From: Moniliella sp. 'wahieum'
Taxonomy: Eukaryota
Assembly (NCBI GenBank): GCA_003971905.1
Contig: RSEE01000060.1
Location: 124,001 to 188,000 of the forward strand
DNA: 64,000 bases
Reading direction: 5' to 3'
In this document: piece after piece, positions 11,194 through 23,453 of the stretch
How the letters are laid out: each line of letters starts with the position of its first letter
Numbering within the stretch: position 1 is the first letter of the stretch
Notes under the pieces: generated by a model
The model's database searches: none
What the model was told of the DNA's origin: nothing
The model's input: only the letters and a program-made list of their open reading frames with translations
Translations under genes and position numbers: made by a program

Positions 11194-13149
11194 TTATTCC
11201 TTGAGGGTGCCAATGACCGTGTACGGCGCATACTTCTCAATCACCGAAGGGTCTGCAGCATCAAGAACGGCTCCGTAGCATCAGTGCCGGCATATTTCAT
11301 CACCGCCGTCGTTCCCCCCGGGTGGTCCGGAAGGAACTTGGTCACATCCAGTACCTTGCCCTGCACCACGACCCAGACATCGTCTTCCGTCTTGTGCTTG
11401 GCCACCTCGTCCAACGTGTACACAGCCGCCTTCACGGGCTGTTCGGGCGCTGGAGTCTCAGTCGCAGGAGCCGGGGTCGAAGTGGGCCCCGGAGCAGGCG
11501 CCGTTGCACTTGGCGTCGACGTTGGAGCGGCGGCCCAACCTTGCCCGTCCCAGTGGAACGACAGGCTGACCGACTTGTCCAGCGGGTTGACCTTGATGCG
11601 CGTCTCGAGCTGGTTCGCCAGCTGATCAATCCGTCCCGCTGCCACCTGGCCCTGGGACAAGCCTTCCAACAGGTACGCCGCCGCGCTGTCCCCGGCCACC
11701 CGGCCGTACACGACACAGCCCAACAGCGACGAGCCACCCAATCGGTTCGCGCCGTGCACGCCGCCGGCAATCTCTCCCGCCGCAAACAGGCCCGGAATGG
11801 GCTCGCCCGTGCCCTGGTGCAAAATCTGCGCCTCGGGACTGATTTCCACCCCGCCCATCGTGTAGTGCAAGACGGGCGACATAAGACTGCTGTAGTACGG
11901 GCCTTGGCGCATGTGGAAGTTGCGATGGAACTTTTTGCCAAAGGGATCGGCAATCTTGCCGTCCGACGAAGCAATCTTTTCGTACGCATCAAACGTGGCC
12001 AACAACTTGGTCGTGGGAATGCCCATGTCCTTGGCCAGATCGTCGTACGTCTCAAACCGCTTCATCAAACCGCGCGCCGCATAGTGCTTGCAGTGCCACT
12101 CAATCTCCGCGCTCGCCTCGCCATTGAGCACCAGCCGAATGGGGAACTTATCGTGCTTCCACATGGCCGCCGTCACCACCGCCCGCTTCTCCAGCTCATC
12201 GACGAACCGGTCGCCATCGCGGTCGAGCAGCAGGCCACCCACCCCACGCAGCGCCTCAGCTGCCAAAAACTTCACCTTGGCATCGGGCTCGGCCGGGTCA
12301 ATCAGGCCCGTCGGGTGCACCTGCACCTTCTCCATGTCAATCAACGATCCGCCAATCGCCCGCACCAATTTTGACCGTCGCCCGTGCAGTGCGCGCCATT
12401 CGTCGTGGGCAAATTCATCCACTCGGGCTTAAACTCCTTCAAGAGCGAGTCGGACGAAAAATCAGCAGCGTAGCCGCCCGTCGCCAAGACCACAGGTCCA
12501 CTAGCCCGGTGCGTCGTGCCTTCATACTCGTATTCCACCCCTACCACCGCCCCCTTCTCATACAGCAACTTGGTCACGCGCGCCTTTTTGTGAATCGTCA
12601 GTCGCTCCGGCTCGGACGCCGCAATGTCCTCCGCCTTGTCCATCAACGCCATGGTAATTTCCATCCCGGGAAACTGCGCCGCACCACGGTGCGTACGCGG
12701 TTGCGAGTGACCGCCCAACCGCGCCACGCGCGTCAAGTCCAACCCAAACTTATCTTCCAGCCAGTCCACTGCTGCCCCGGACTTGTACGTCAACACGCGG
12801 ATCAACGGGTCCCGCGCCAACTCGGCCGCCGACTTTTTCGTATCGTCAAAAAGATCTTGGGCGTGTCGTGAATGTGCTGGGCCGCCTGGGACGCCGTTCC
12901 GGCCCCATTGATGCCCGAGGTGGCCTGCGCGCAGCGAGGGATGGGTTAGTTCAGTGGTCTTGAGGGAAAGGGCGAGGGCGAGAGAACGAGGGCGAGAACG
13001 AGGGAGGGGGGTAGGCGTACCTTGGTGGAGTTGCCACCGAAAAAGGCATTCTTGTCGAGCAGAGTGACGTTGGCGCCGCGCTCGAGGAGGGAGTGGGTGG
13101 CGGACAGACCGGCGAGGCCGCCGCCAACGACGATTGCGCGAGGAGCCAT
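11194..13149 (-). CDS. soluble fumarate reductase / flavocytochrome c (Osm1/Frd1 family) with C-terminal cytochrome b5 domain
   Basis: MAPRAIVVGGGLAGLSA (FAD-binding), GGNSTK|ATSGING across intron 12925-13020, QVHPTG, LHYTMGG and GGVHGANRLGGSSL. The b5 domain follows: YTLDEVAKHKTEDDVWVVVQGKVLDVTKFLPDHPGG...FLML(H)DPSVIEKYAP...IGTLKE*. Confidence 0.92.
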
Positions 13150-13792
13150 GAGGGGGAAAGAAGAGGAGGGTGGGGGGAAAGAGCAGCGGGAAAGAGGCGA
13201 GAGGATAGGCTTTAAAAGCAGGCTGGGTCCGTCCGTTTCACATGGCGCCTGAGGCCGGTTGGCTGGCGCAGTTCGACACGTGTGGACTGAGCCTAGTTGC
13301 CTGAGCGCAGAGACCCACAGCGTACGGTCCTGGGCCACCGGCCACCCTCGGCGCACACACGGCAGAAGCCAAGGAGGAGGGAGGAGGGTACAGTGCTCCG
13401 GACTCAGCCCAGTCTGCCCCACAGCCACATGCTCCGCTGCCCCCGTGCGGCCACGCCTGCCGCCCTGGCGCCTGGTATAACATCTGCCCCGTTGGAGGGG
13501 CCCGTGCACCCCGTCCCCACCCCACTGCGCGACACTGGCGCTGCGCCCGTGCGTATTTTCTCCTGCTTTACCCCGCACTACCGCCTAAGGCTCCCGCTAA
13601 CCCCGGCTGGCGCTGACCAACGCTGACCAATCCGCCCGCCCACGTCACCCCACCTTAACCCCGCTGCGCCTCCTGCACCGGTCTGTCACGTGCCTGCGTT
13701 TGCACCGCGGCCATCACGTGTCGCCAGTTGCACCGACACTCCGCGTGCCCTCCTCTCCGCTGGACCTTCGCCTTCCCTCCCGCCGGCCACCG

Positions 13793-15443
13793 ATGGGCAC
13801 AAGCGAGGCGCACGTGTACCGCGACGTGCTGCGGGCGCTGCGGGCGGCGGCCCACTGGCGCCCCGAGCACGCCAAGTCGCTCGCCCGCCTCTTCCGCACC
13901 CACTTCCGCGCCCACCTCCACCAGCACCCCGCCCTCCCGCCCGCCTGGCACCACACCCTCCTCTTCCTCGCCAGCGCCGCCCACAGCCCCCGCGCCTCCC
14001 GCGCCGACATGGACGCCTGGCGCGCCGTCGCCCAGCCGCTCCTCGCCGCCCGCGCCGACGCCATCATCGCACGCGGCAAGTCCCAGTCCCAGCTGGCTGC
14101 CGTGCGCGACGCCCAGGCGGCCGCGCGGCGTCGCTCGCCTCCCAGGGCCAGCTCGAGCTGCAGGAACAGGCCAAGAGGCTCTTCGCCCAGGCCCAGCGCA
14201 AGGCCGGCGCTGCGGCCCTCGTCCAGATGGGCGTGCGCGATGCTGCGCGGCCCCCTCCCCGGGCGAGGTGGACAAACTGGTGCAACGCGCCATTCAACTC
14301 AATGACCGCGCCAGTGGCTTGGCTCGCTCCGCCAACCTGCGCACCCCGCACGAGCGCGCGCGTGCCCTGCGCTTGGCCCAGGCGCGCTTGGGCAACTCGG
14401 ACCCCGTTCCGTCCGAGCAGATGGTGGGCTTGGCTTCCTATGCCAGCGCCAAGCAAGCCGCCCCGGCCTGCCGGCCAACATGGACATGGACGTGGACGCG
14501 GATGCTGCGCCGCCCCCGGCGCCCGGGGTCAAAACGCTGGCTCACCAGGTCGTCGAGACCCTGTCGGCCCTTACGTACCGTTACCTATCGCAGACCACGC
14601 TCTTGTCCCGAAGGCGAGGTGGCGGGACGGACTTGACGCAAGTTCCCGTCTTTCGGTCGCACCACCTTGGCGTGATGAAAGAAGACCGCGCCGCGCTTGG
14701 CGATGGGGAGGGGGATGATCTGGAAACGTTCATTTCAGACGAGATGGGCGTGGACGAAACGATGCGACAACACTTGCCGATGCTGGTGGTACCGGCACGA
14801 ATGTACGTGGGTCCTGCGCGGGACTCGCGTGCTATTCCCACCGCACGGGGACCTCGACCGATTCGGACGTGGGACGGGCAAAAGTTGAGGGCACCCGCTC
14901 CGTTGCCTTCGCCGCGACAACTGGCCCAAGAACGCGCTAAGATCGACAGGGTGGCGCGCACGTTGGCCCAACGTGCCTTTTTGTTCCGCGAAGCCAACCA
15001 TATCGTCAAAGCGCGGGCGAACGTGGCGCGTGGCCAGCACGAAACGGCCTCCGGACTGGCATGGGACGACAAGGCAGGTCCGTTTGAGTGGGAACGACCC
15101 GAATTGGACTGGCGCGCGCTCGGGTGGGATGCCGCACGTCGGACACAAGAAGAAACCAATATTCGTTCGGAACTCTTGGCCTTATCCCCGATCCGCCTCC
15201 AACACGAACGCGACCAGTTGGAAGACGAGTATCATCAAGTGCGTCGGGTCCATAGCCGACTCGTTGGCTCGTTCCAAGGCAGGTCCTTCCTTGCTGCGGT
15301 TACCCAGGCACCCAAATCGGCTTTGCTCGGCTTGCTGCGCGATGCGGAGCGGGAGAATGGGCTGGTGTTGGGGTCCGAGCGGTTTGCGCGTGTTTGCCGA
15401 ACAACCGGTGGAGCCTTAGCTGCTTTAGCGGCCAAGGGGGTAG
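13793..15443 (+). CDS. hypothetical protein, possibly mitochondrial (N-terminus loosely LYR-like)
   Basis: ATG at 13793 (MGTSEAHVYRDVLRALRAAAHW...), continuing through frameshifts into ORF 14480.. (TLAHQVVETLSALTYRYLSQ...). Codon usage looks coding. The end is inferred at TAG 15441-15443 after a G homopolymer. Confidence 0.5.
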
Positions 15444-15628
15444 GTATAATAATAGGCCCGCCAAAATGTACTTGCCCCCCGTTCTTCTATGTTTGGCCGA
15501 CACCAACCCCTCCCCCCCTCCCCCAACTCCAAACTCTATATTCATATCCATCGACCATTTGTCCCACACACCCCTTACCAGACCCAGATACAATTACAGG
15601 CACAGCGTGGCCCTGCCCGGCCTCTTCC

Positions 15629-17828
15629 TTACTCTTTTGGCTTGGAGCGGAACGCCAACAAGCACTCGAGCTCCGATACGGGACACGCCAATTTAACAAA
15701 GTCGTGGTGCAGCAGTTGTTGGGCCGTAGCGCGGAACTTGACATTGACACAGAGGCAGACGGTCAAAAAACTTTTCAGTTCGTGCGACCAGGCTTCCGGG
15801 TGCTTGAGGGTCGGGGTGCCATTGGTAGCAATCAAGTAGAGCGCCTTGAGCGGTTCTTCGTCCAAGTACGGCGGGTTCCGATTCCAGTAGTTCGATCAGC
15901 AGAATGCCCAAACTCCATATGTCCACTTTTTCCCCATACTCCTCTTGCTTGACCACCTCGGGTGCCATCCAGTACGGCGTGCCGACCAAAGTGGCCCGCT
16001 TGGATCGTTGGTCGGTCAGTTGGGCACAGAACCCAAAGTCGGTGATTTTGACGTGGCCCCGATTGAGGAGGATGTTGTCGGACTTGATGTCGCGGTGGAT
16101 GATGGAGTGGGCATGGAGGTGTTGCAATCCTTTGCACGTCTCGCCCAAGATGGCGGCGATCTGGGGCTCGGTGAGGGTATTGTGATCAATCACTTCGGTC
16201 AAGGCACCACCTTCCATGTACTCCATAATCACCCACACCTCCGTCTCCTTTTTGACCAAGAACGAACCGAGAAAGTTGACCAGGTTCGGGTGCTGGGTCT
16301 GCTGCAGAACCAGAATCTCATTGACAAGCAACTCTTTCCGCGACTGATGCGCCAACTCCATCGTCTTGATTGCTACCCGTTCCCCCGTAGCCAACCTCCT
16401 GCCCACATACACCGACCCACTCGCTCCTTGCCCCACCTTTTTGATCTTGGAATACAGCGTCGCAGGGTCTTGCCCCGACACGACCGTCCGCAGCTTGGCA
16501 ACTAGTTGCGCGTCCGTCATGATATTCCTCCGCTTCTCCCCTGGCCTGCCCGCTTCTTTCCCAGACCTGCCCGCCGCACGCGGCTGGGGCGAAGCTGGGG
16601 CGGCAAGCTTGGGAGACGGAGCCGGACGGGGATGGGAATGGGGATCAGGATGGGGATGGGGATGAGCTTGAGGTTGCGGTTGTGGTTGAGGCTTGGACCG
16701 AGCGGGCGCCCCCCTAGCCAGCGCATATGTCGACGCAGACGCAGACCCAGACACAGACGTAGATGTAGACGCAGACGCAGATGAAGATGCAGATGCCGAC
16801 CTTGCCGCTGCCGCGGCTTGCGTCCGAACTGAAAGGGAAGCAGCGGCCTTGTTAGCCAACTGCGCATCCTGGGTCATTGCCCCTCGCGAACCAATGACGG
16901 GAGACGGCGTCCTGCTTATGGACCGGGTTAGAGGGGCAGGACGTAGTCCCTGGGTAGGCACCGGCTTGAAGGGCGTCTGGGCCGCTGGGCTTTCGTACCT
17001 GGAGCGCGTGCCTATAGCCACGGTGCTAGTGGCTGCGGGTCGGGTTGTTTGGGGCACCACGACACGGGGGTTGGGGGAGGCAGAAGCGATGGGATGGCCC
17101 AAGCGCGCCTGTTGGTCGCGGGTTTGAAGGCGAGTGTAAAACTCGAGCACGTCCAAGACGGCTGGGGGTTTTTGACATAATCTTCCTTGGTGATGGCCGA
17201 GGTGGTGAGCAGCCGGGTCCATTGTTCCGGCAGGCCAGTGAATCCGCCTGTGACCGGATCAAAGCCGACGTGCACTTGGTGCTGGAACCCCGTTGGCGCC
17301 GACACGCCCAGCTTGGGCGCCCGACTGTAAATCTCGTCCATCCAACTGTAGAGTTCGAAATCGGATTTGAATTGGACCCAGTACGATTTGCCCTTGGCCT
17401 CGAGCTCGAGGCAGTAGGGCTTGACATCGGACCGCGCCACCGAGGTTAGGTCTTGCAAAAACAACAACAGCCACGGTTGGTATGTCGTTTCTGTCTTGTG
17501 CAGCGTCAACGTCTGTTCCCGCAGCGCCATCCACCGCTTGCTCCACATCCACGACCGCAGCCCGTCCTCCTTGACGGACACGTACCCGGACCGCACCACG
17601 GCGGTCGCGTCGAGCGCGGCCGAGGCGGCGGTAGAGCTCAGTCCATACGCACCGATGCCGGCGGCAGGGGTGCCGGCAATGGGCCGCAGCGGGCCCGTGA
17701 AGGGCAAGACGGACTGAGAGGCTTTTTTGACGACGGATGAACCGGCGGCGCTGGGAGCGGGCGGGGCGGCGGCGGGAGGGAGTGAGGGAACGGGCGAAGG
17801 GGTCGGGGGGCGTCGCAACGTAGCTCAT
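15629..17828 (-). CDS. CLA4: Cla4-type p21-activated kinase (PH-CRIB-kinase)
   Basis: PH domain ([29 protein letters not shown]), CRIB ([29 protein letters not shown]), kinase motifs [23 protein letters not shown] and GTPYWMAPE, and C-terminal [20 protein letters not shown]. Frameshifted. Confidence 0.93.
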
Positions 17829-19063
17829 ACCGTCGAGGGAGACCACCCAAGGGGGGGGGGGGGGGCAGGACGAATCTATACGAGGGCTTTCACAGCAGAC
17901 GGAATAGTGTTTGTCGCGATATATAGCCAGAATCCAAAATGGATCCAAAATTCCCTCGGCCATCCCACGACGCGTTTTTTACGCGTCACGCCATCACCCA
18001 CCCATCAGCCATCTGCCCCGCCGCGCCGATTCCTTGCAATCTCTCTGACCATGCCACACGCCCCATACCACACCCGCACCGCCCGGTTGCACCCATCGCA
18101 CTTGGCTGCCCTGCTGATCGACCTGATCAGCGGTGCGATCCGGTACTACTTGCTGCCTGCGAGTGGTGCGATGGCCAGGACAGACCCCTTGCCCTCGGGC
18201 CTAACCCCCCCCACACACGCTGCCTGCGCCACTGCCTGCCACCGCAACGCAGCATCCGTAGGGCCAAACGCCTGTCACACGCCCGTCCTCGCCACCACTC
18301 CCTCCGCAGCCGGAGGCCTGAGGGTCTGAGCAGCGGCACTGCACACACGACGCCCATGTCAGCTCCGCCCGGACTGCACACACACACATAGTCCTAGTCG
18401 CACGCGTTTCTCAGATCTCAGATCTCACGCTGCTCTAGCGTGTCCACACCACCCACAACACGCAACACCAAAATCAAATCCGATCCAGCCACGTGTCCTC
18501 CTGCGCCTCCTGGACCCTCCCTCCGGCCGGCGAACGTGATGTGGATTTTCTCGTCACGGAACCGGCTCAGGCCCAGGCCCAGGATGGCTTGGCGCTTCGG
18601 CCGCTCCAGGCCCGAAACGGGGCGGAGGACGGACGGGAGCGGGATGCTGTGCCTGCGTGTCGGACGCGGGGTGGCCATCGATCATCGCGACCTGGGCCTC
18701 GTGGCTGGTCTGGATCGACGGGACGCGGCGCGGAGGTGCTGGGGGTGGCGCCAGCGGGGTGCGAGGATGGCGGAGAAGCAGGATCGAATGTTGAGCTCAA
18801 CTTAGCCCGCCAGAGTGGGATGGTGGCTGGTGGGGCGGGTGGGGCAGCGGGGGGCATTCCGCCCCAGCGCGGAACAGGGGGTTGAACATTGCAAGCGGGC
18901 GGCTGCCTGGCCCTGCGTCGCTCGCCCCACACTGGCCAGCGGCTTGGGCGCGGACACAGGCAGCTCGTCGTCTGCCTCGGCTTTGGCCGTCGTCGTCGTC
19001 GTCGTTGCCGCCGCCGCCGCCGCCGCTGCTGTCGCCGTGCTTGGGCCCGGCGAGGCCGACTCC

Positions 19064-20972
19064 ATGGCCCGCACCCGCCTCGCGCCCTCGACCCGCCCGC
19101 CATGGCCGTCCCTGCGCCGCTCGAACGGCGGGGGTCGCTGCGCCGCAACCACCTCAGCCCCAGTCTGAGCCCCAGCCCCAGCCCCAGCCCCAGCCCCAGC
19201 CCCGCCCCCAGCCCCTCTCCCCCTCCACTCCCCGCTCCTCCACCCGCATGCGCCGCCCTGGACGCCCACGCGTGCCCGCCACGCCGCCCAGAGGGGCATC
19301 GCCTTCTCCTCCCTCGACCGCCGCCATCCCAGCAGCCCCACTGTCAAGCCGCCGCCTCCGTTGCGCCCCAGCGTCACCAGTGACAGCTGGCGTGCTCGGT
19401 CCGCGCCGTCACCTGCGCCTCCCGCTCCAGCTCCCGCGCTCCCTCTGCATCTGTGTCGCTGCACATGCCCATGCTTGCTCCGCCTTCCTCTTCCCCCTCG
19501 GCTGGCATGTCCGGGCGCCGGCCGAGGCCGAGCCCACGCGCTAATTCCCGTCCCGCGCCTACGCTTCCGCTACGGCGCACCATCCTGCCCCGCCCTGGTG
19601 CTCTTGCCAACGGCGCCGCTCCCTCGCCCGACCCACTCGCCTCGTTCCTCGCGCTGGATTGTGAAATGGTAGGTGTGGGGCCGGATCGCACGAGTGCCTT
19701 GGCCCGGGTCAGTCTGGTGGACACACGGGGGAAGGTGGTGTACGATAGCTTTGTCCAGCCGCCGGGCGGGTACAGGGTGGTGACGGATTACCGTACGTGG
19801 GTGTCGGAGTGACCGAGGCCGACTTGCAGGCGGCGCCGCTGTTTGAACAGGCTCAAGCGACGGTTGCTGCGCTGATCCAGGATCGGGTGGTGGTGGGGCA
19901 TGCACTGTACAATGATTTTGCGGCGCTGCGCTTGCCCCATCCACCGCACCTGACCCGCGACACGGCATGTAACCTGTGGCTGCGACTGTTGGGCCAGATG
20001 GACACGTTTCAGCGCTTTACGCCGCCGCCGCCGCGCCCAGGCCAAGGCAGGAGCGAACCATTGCACGACCCCAAACCGACGGTAGCTCAGCCCCCCTACC
20101 CGCCCTTTGGTCCTTGGTTGCCCTTCAGCCCAGCATCGCTCAAGGTGTGGATCAAGACGGCGCACGGCAAAGTGCCCGACAGTTACCAAGCGATCCAGGT
20201 CCCGTCGCTCAAACGTCTGGCTCGCATCGTGCTTGGCAAAGCTGTCCAGACCGACGGATCCCACTCTTCCATTGACGACGCACGCGCTACCATGGACATT
20301 TTCTTAGCTACCCGCGGCCTCTGGGACGAAGACCCCACCCCTGCCAACGTCAAGTGGCACCTTGCTTGGTTCTACCCCACTCGTACCGACTCTTCGGGCC
20401 CAGGTCCGGGCCCGGGCCCTGCCTCTTCATCTTCCCCTTTCCGTCCCCGTTCCTACCCCCACTCCCGCTCCCGCTCCCGCTCCCGCTCCCGCTCCCGCTC
20501 CCGCTCCCGCCCCGCTCCCGCTCCCGCCTCCGTCCCCACCCCCGCTTCCGTTCCCGTTCCCGCAGCTGTCCCCACCGCCGCGTCCGCTTCCGCACCCGCA
20601 CCCGCACCTGCACCTGCACCTGCACCCACCGCCGCCTCTCCATCGACGCCGGCACCGACAGGACCGGCCCGTACTCTACCACAGAGTGCACCCATCACGC
20701 CAGAGCACACACACCCAGATCAAAGCGTGGGCAGCTCAACAAGCGCGCACGGTCCGTCAACGTTTCCCTCCCCGCAGTGCTGCCAAGTACAAGCATCGTC
20801 GACGCAAGATTCACAAGGTGCTTGTGCTCGTGGACCGGGTGGCACAAACGTTGTTGTTGGAACTTGCCAACGCTACCGCCGACTCTACCGCGAACGCGAA
20901 CGCGAACGCGAATGTGAACGCGTCCTACGGCGGGGTGCAGCAGGAGTGGCAAACGGTGGTGCGCATGTTTGA
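19064..20972 (+). CDS. Rex4-like DEDDh 3'-5' RNA exonuclease with low-complexity flanks
   Basis: Exo[12 protein letters not shown]...LARVSLV...[10 protein letters not shown], Exo[17 protein letters not shown], Exo[14 protein letters not shown]. Core is about 19640-20310; start and end are uncertain. Confidence 0.8.
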
Positions 20973-21726
20973 GGAAGTGGGCGGCTCGGCTTCCGGGTTG
21001 GTCCCCCCACCTGGCCTTGACGTACCCCTCCCCCTCGGAATTCTACCGTGCCTTCCTCTCCGCGCTAGCATCGTCTTCTTCCCGTACCATCGCTTTCCCT
21101 TCGGCCCAGCCTTCGGTTTCTGTCGCCGTCTCGGCTTCGGCTTCGGCTTCGGCTTCGGCTTCGGCTTCGGACCCCCTGCCCTCTGACTCTGTGCCCTCCG
21201 AAGATGCTGCGCCTTCTGATGCTGCTCCATCCGATACTGCGTCGTCCGATGCTGCACCTTCCGACCCCCTCTCTGTGCTACTCTCGGACTTTCTTACCAC
21301 CTCCGACACCCCTTCCAATTTGCCCTGGCCTTCTTCGCAGCGGCGGAGAAGAGAGTCGATGCCTTGCTTGGCTTCCCCGCTTCTCACCCCGCGCCTGCGC
21401 GAGAGACGACACCCATTCGGGTCCGGTGCATTGCACCGAGGGGCCGCTTCTGACTGCCGCGTCCCTTTGGTTGCCCTATGACGCCAATCCAGGTCGACCT
21501 GGTACGCAGCACGACCGGCACCCTTTTTCGCCCCCATCCTCCCAGCTGGGGAGGTGGAACGAACGAGATAATTGCGTTCGTATCTATTTCATAACCTCCT
21601 CACTCTCGGGGGGAAGAGCTATCACATCGGATTCCAATCTTGGTCGGTAGTGCTCGTGCTAGGTAGACTAGGCAGGCAAAGTGGGCTAGAAACGCATGAT
21701 ACCAACCAGTACCTCCACCCACAGGC

Positions 21727-22713
21727 TTATTGAGTTTGGGGTCCGTACCCCCTCAAGCCCTCGGCAAAGCCCCACTCAGTCTCGTTCGACTTGGGCACCT
21801 CGTCAATCTCGACGCCTTCCTTGGTGGCCTTGGCAAAGATGAACCGGTTGATTGAGCGGGCATCGCGGTAAAACAGGATCCGGAGACAATCTTGCAGGAT
21901 CTGTTTCGCCTCGGCTTCGGTCAATTCGGTTTCACGTCCTACCACGCTCTTGCGCAACAAGGGGATGGCAATGTGCAATCCAAACCCAGTCGCAATCACC
22001 GACGAGGTGTACGTCGTGCCGAGCAAATCAACAAACCCAAGGAACGACTCTCCTGTCGTTTGGTCCACCCCACCCAAGACATAGGCGTTCCAGAGCGGGT
22101 TCATCTTGGACCGTCGTTGGTACATCACCCGGGATAGGTAGGCGTACACTTGGTCTGGCGACAACGGCTGGTCGTCCTCATTCGACTCTTTGATCCTACA
22201 ATGCGAACAAGGGGAAGGGGAGGAAAGAGGAGAGGAGAGCAGAGGAGAGGGAGGAGAGGAGAGGAGAGGAGAGGAGAGGAGAGGAGAGGAGAGGAGAGGA
22301 GAGAGAGATAAGAGAGGTCAGTACGTTGCAACTCCACTTCTCCCTTGACAACCAAAGGAGGAGAAAAGGGGACGGGACGTACATGAGCTTCTCAGCATGG
22401 TTGGGTGTATGAAAGTCGGACATGTCCCCGCTCGCACCGAGGATGGTGTTGGCGCCCACATTGACAATCCGGCGAATGTCCATGAACCGAGCCAGGGAGC
22501 CATACGAAGCAAGGGGTGTCGGCCGCAAGCAAAACGCCGTCCTTGTACTTGATGCCAAGCACCGACGTGCCCGTCACGATCGGTTGTGAGTATGCTGCAC
22601 GCTTCGGCAAAGCTGTCCTTGGCACCGGCGCGCGCATAGTCAGGACCAGCGACGGTGCGGGGGGTGGAGGACCAGGCCTGGCCAGGGAAGTGCGAGGGGG
22701 TGGTGAACTGCAT
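21727..22713 (-). CDS. PRE4: 20S proteasome subunit beta-7 (PSMB4/Pre4)
   Basis: QPIVTGTSVLGIKYKDGVLLAADT.ASYGSLARF, YLSRVMYQRRSKMNPLWN, VDLLGTTY, ATGFG, LFYRDARSIN, and C-terminal WGFAEGLRGYGPQTQ*. Intron 22196-22382. Confidence 0.95.
22227..22305. repeat. (GAGGA)n / (TCCTC)n pentanucleotide microsatellite inside the PRE4 intron
   Basis: Ten perfect GAGGA units at 22251-22300 with degenerate units on the left. Confidence 0.95.
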
Positions 22714-23453
22714 GTGGTGGCAGTGGCGAGTGGTGGTGGGGCTGGGCCTGAACACTTGGCCGCACTTGGCCCAACAGCCACACGCGTCGTCACCAGCCGA
22801 GCGGAATTAAGTCGGCTAGGGCGGGGCCACCCACACAGGTCACATGACCTGAGCGATGCGACTGGCCAATGAAATCATTAATCATCGATCTCATCGACCA
22901 TCCCGCCCAGCTGCAATTTCAGTTGAACGTTGAACGTTGATGCGTATTTCAACGGCTGGAGATCAGGTCCAGGCAAGGGCAGGGGCTAACGGCAAAACCA
23001 GCAACGCACACGTCCCTTTCCCCACCGTGTGGGCGCAGCCGCTCGTCACCGCCAATAGCCGTCCAGTGAAGGCATCTGGGCGGCCATGCTGGCCTCCAGG
23101 CACGCCTCCTCGCTCCGCGCTCCCATCCATGGCCCACACCGCAGACGGCAGTTGTGGTGGACGTAGGACACACACCCCGAGAGCCGACGGAGTATTTGAT
23201 GTGCATACTTAACCCACGTCAGCCGACATGCGCCCACCGCGCCTCCCTGCTGGCGGTGCGAGCGAAAGCGGCCTGACATGCATGAGGGTCTCGCTCAACA
23301 CCACGCCCGTTGGCATCTCTCCCGGTATGTATCCCCCCCACTGGTATATAACATCGGCGCTGCTCCCTCTCGCTTCTGTCGCACAATTGCTCCCCTCCTA
23401 GCTCCAACCCTGTGTGTGGTCTTCCGCTGTTCCATCGACCCTCCGCTCGCCAA

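Noticed and set aside
15444..15952. Apparent overlap of ORF 14480..15952 with the CLA4 3' end
   Set aside because: Most likely read-through caused by a homopolymer indel at GGGGG-TAG (15436-15443). The extension is antisense to the kinase.
20462..21170. (CTCCCG)n, (CGCGAA)n and (GGCTTC)n hexamer repeats after the exonuclease domain
   Set aside because: These are ordinary coding-type microsatellites giving dipeptide runs in a disordered tail and do not follow the 7-nt palindrome rule.
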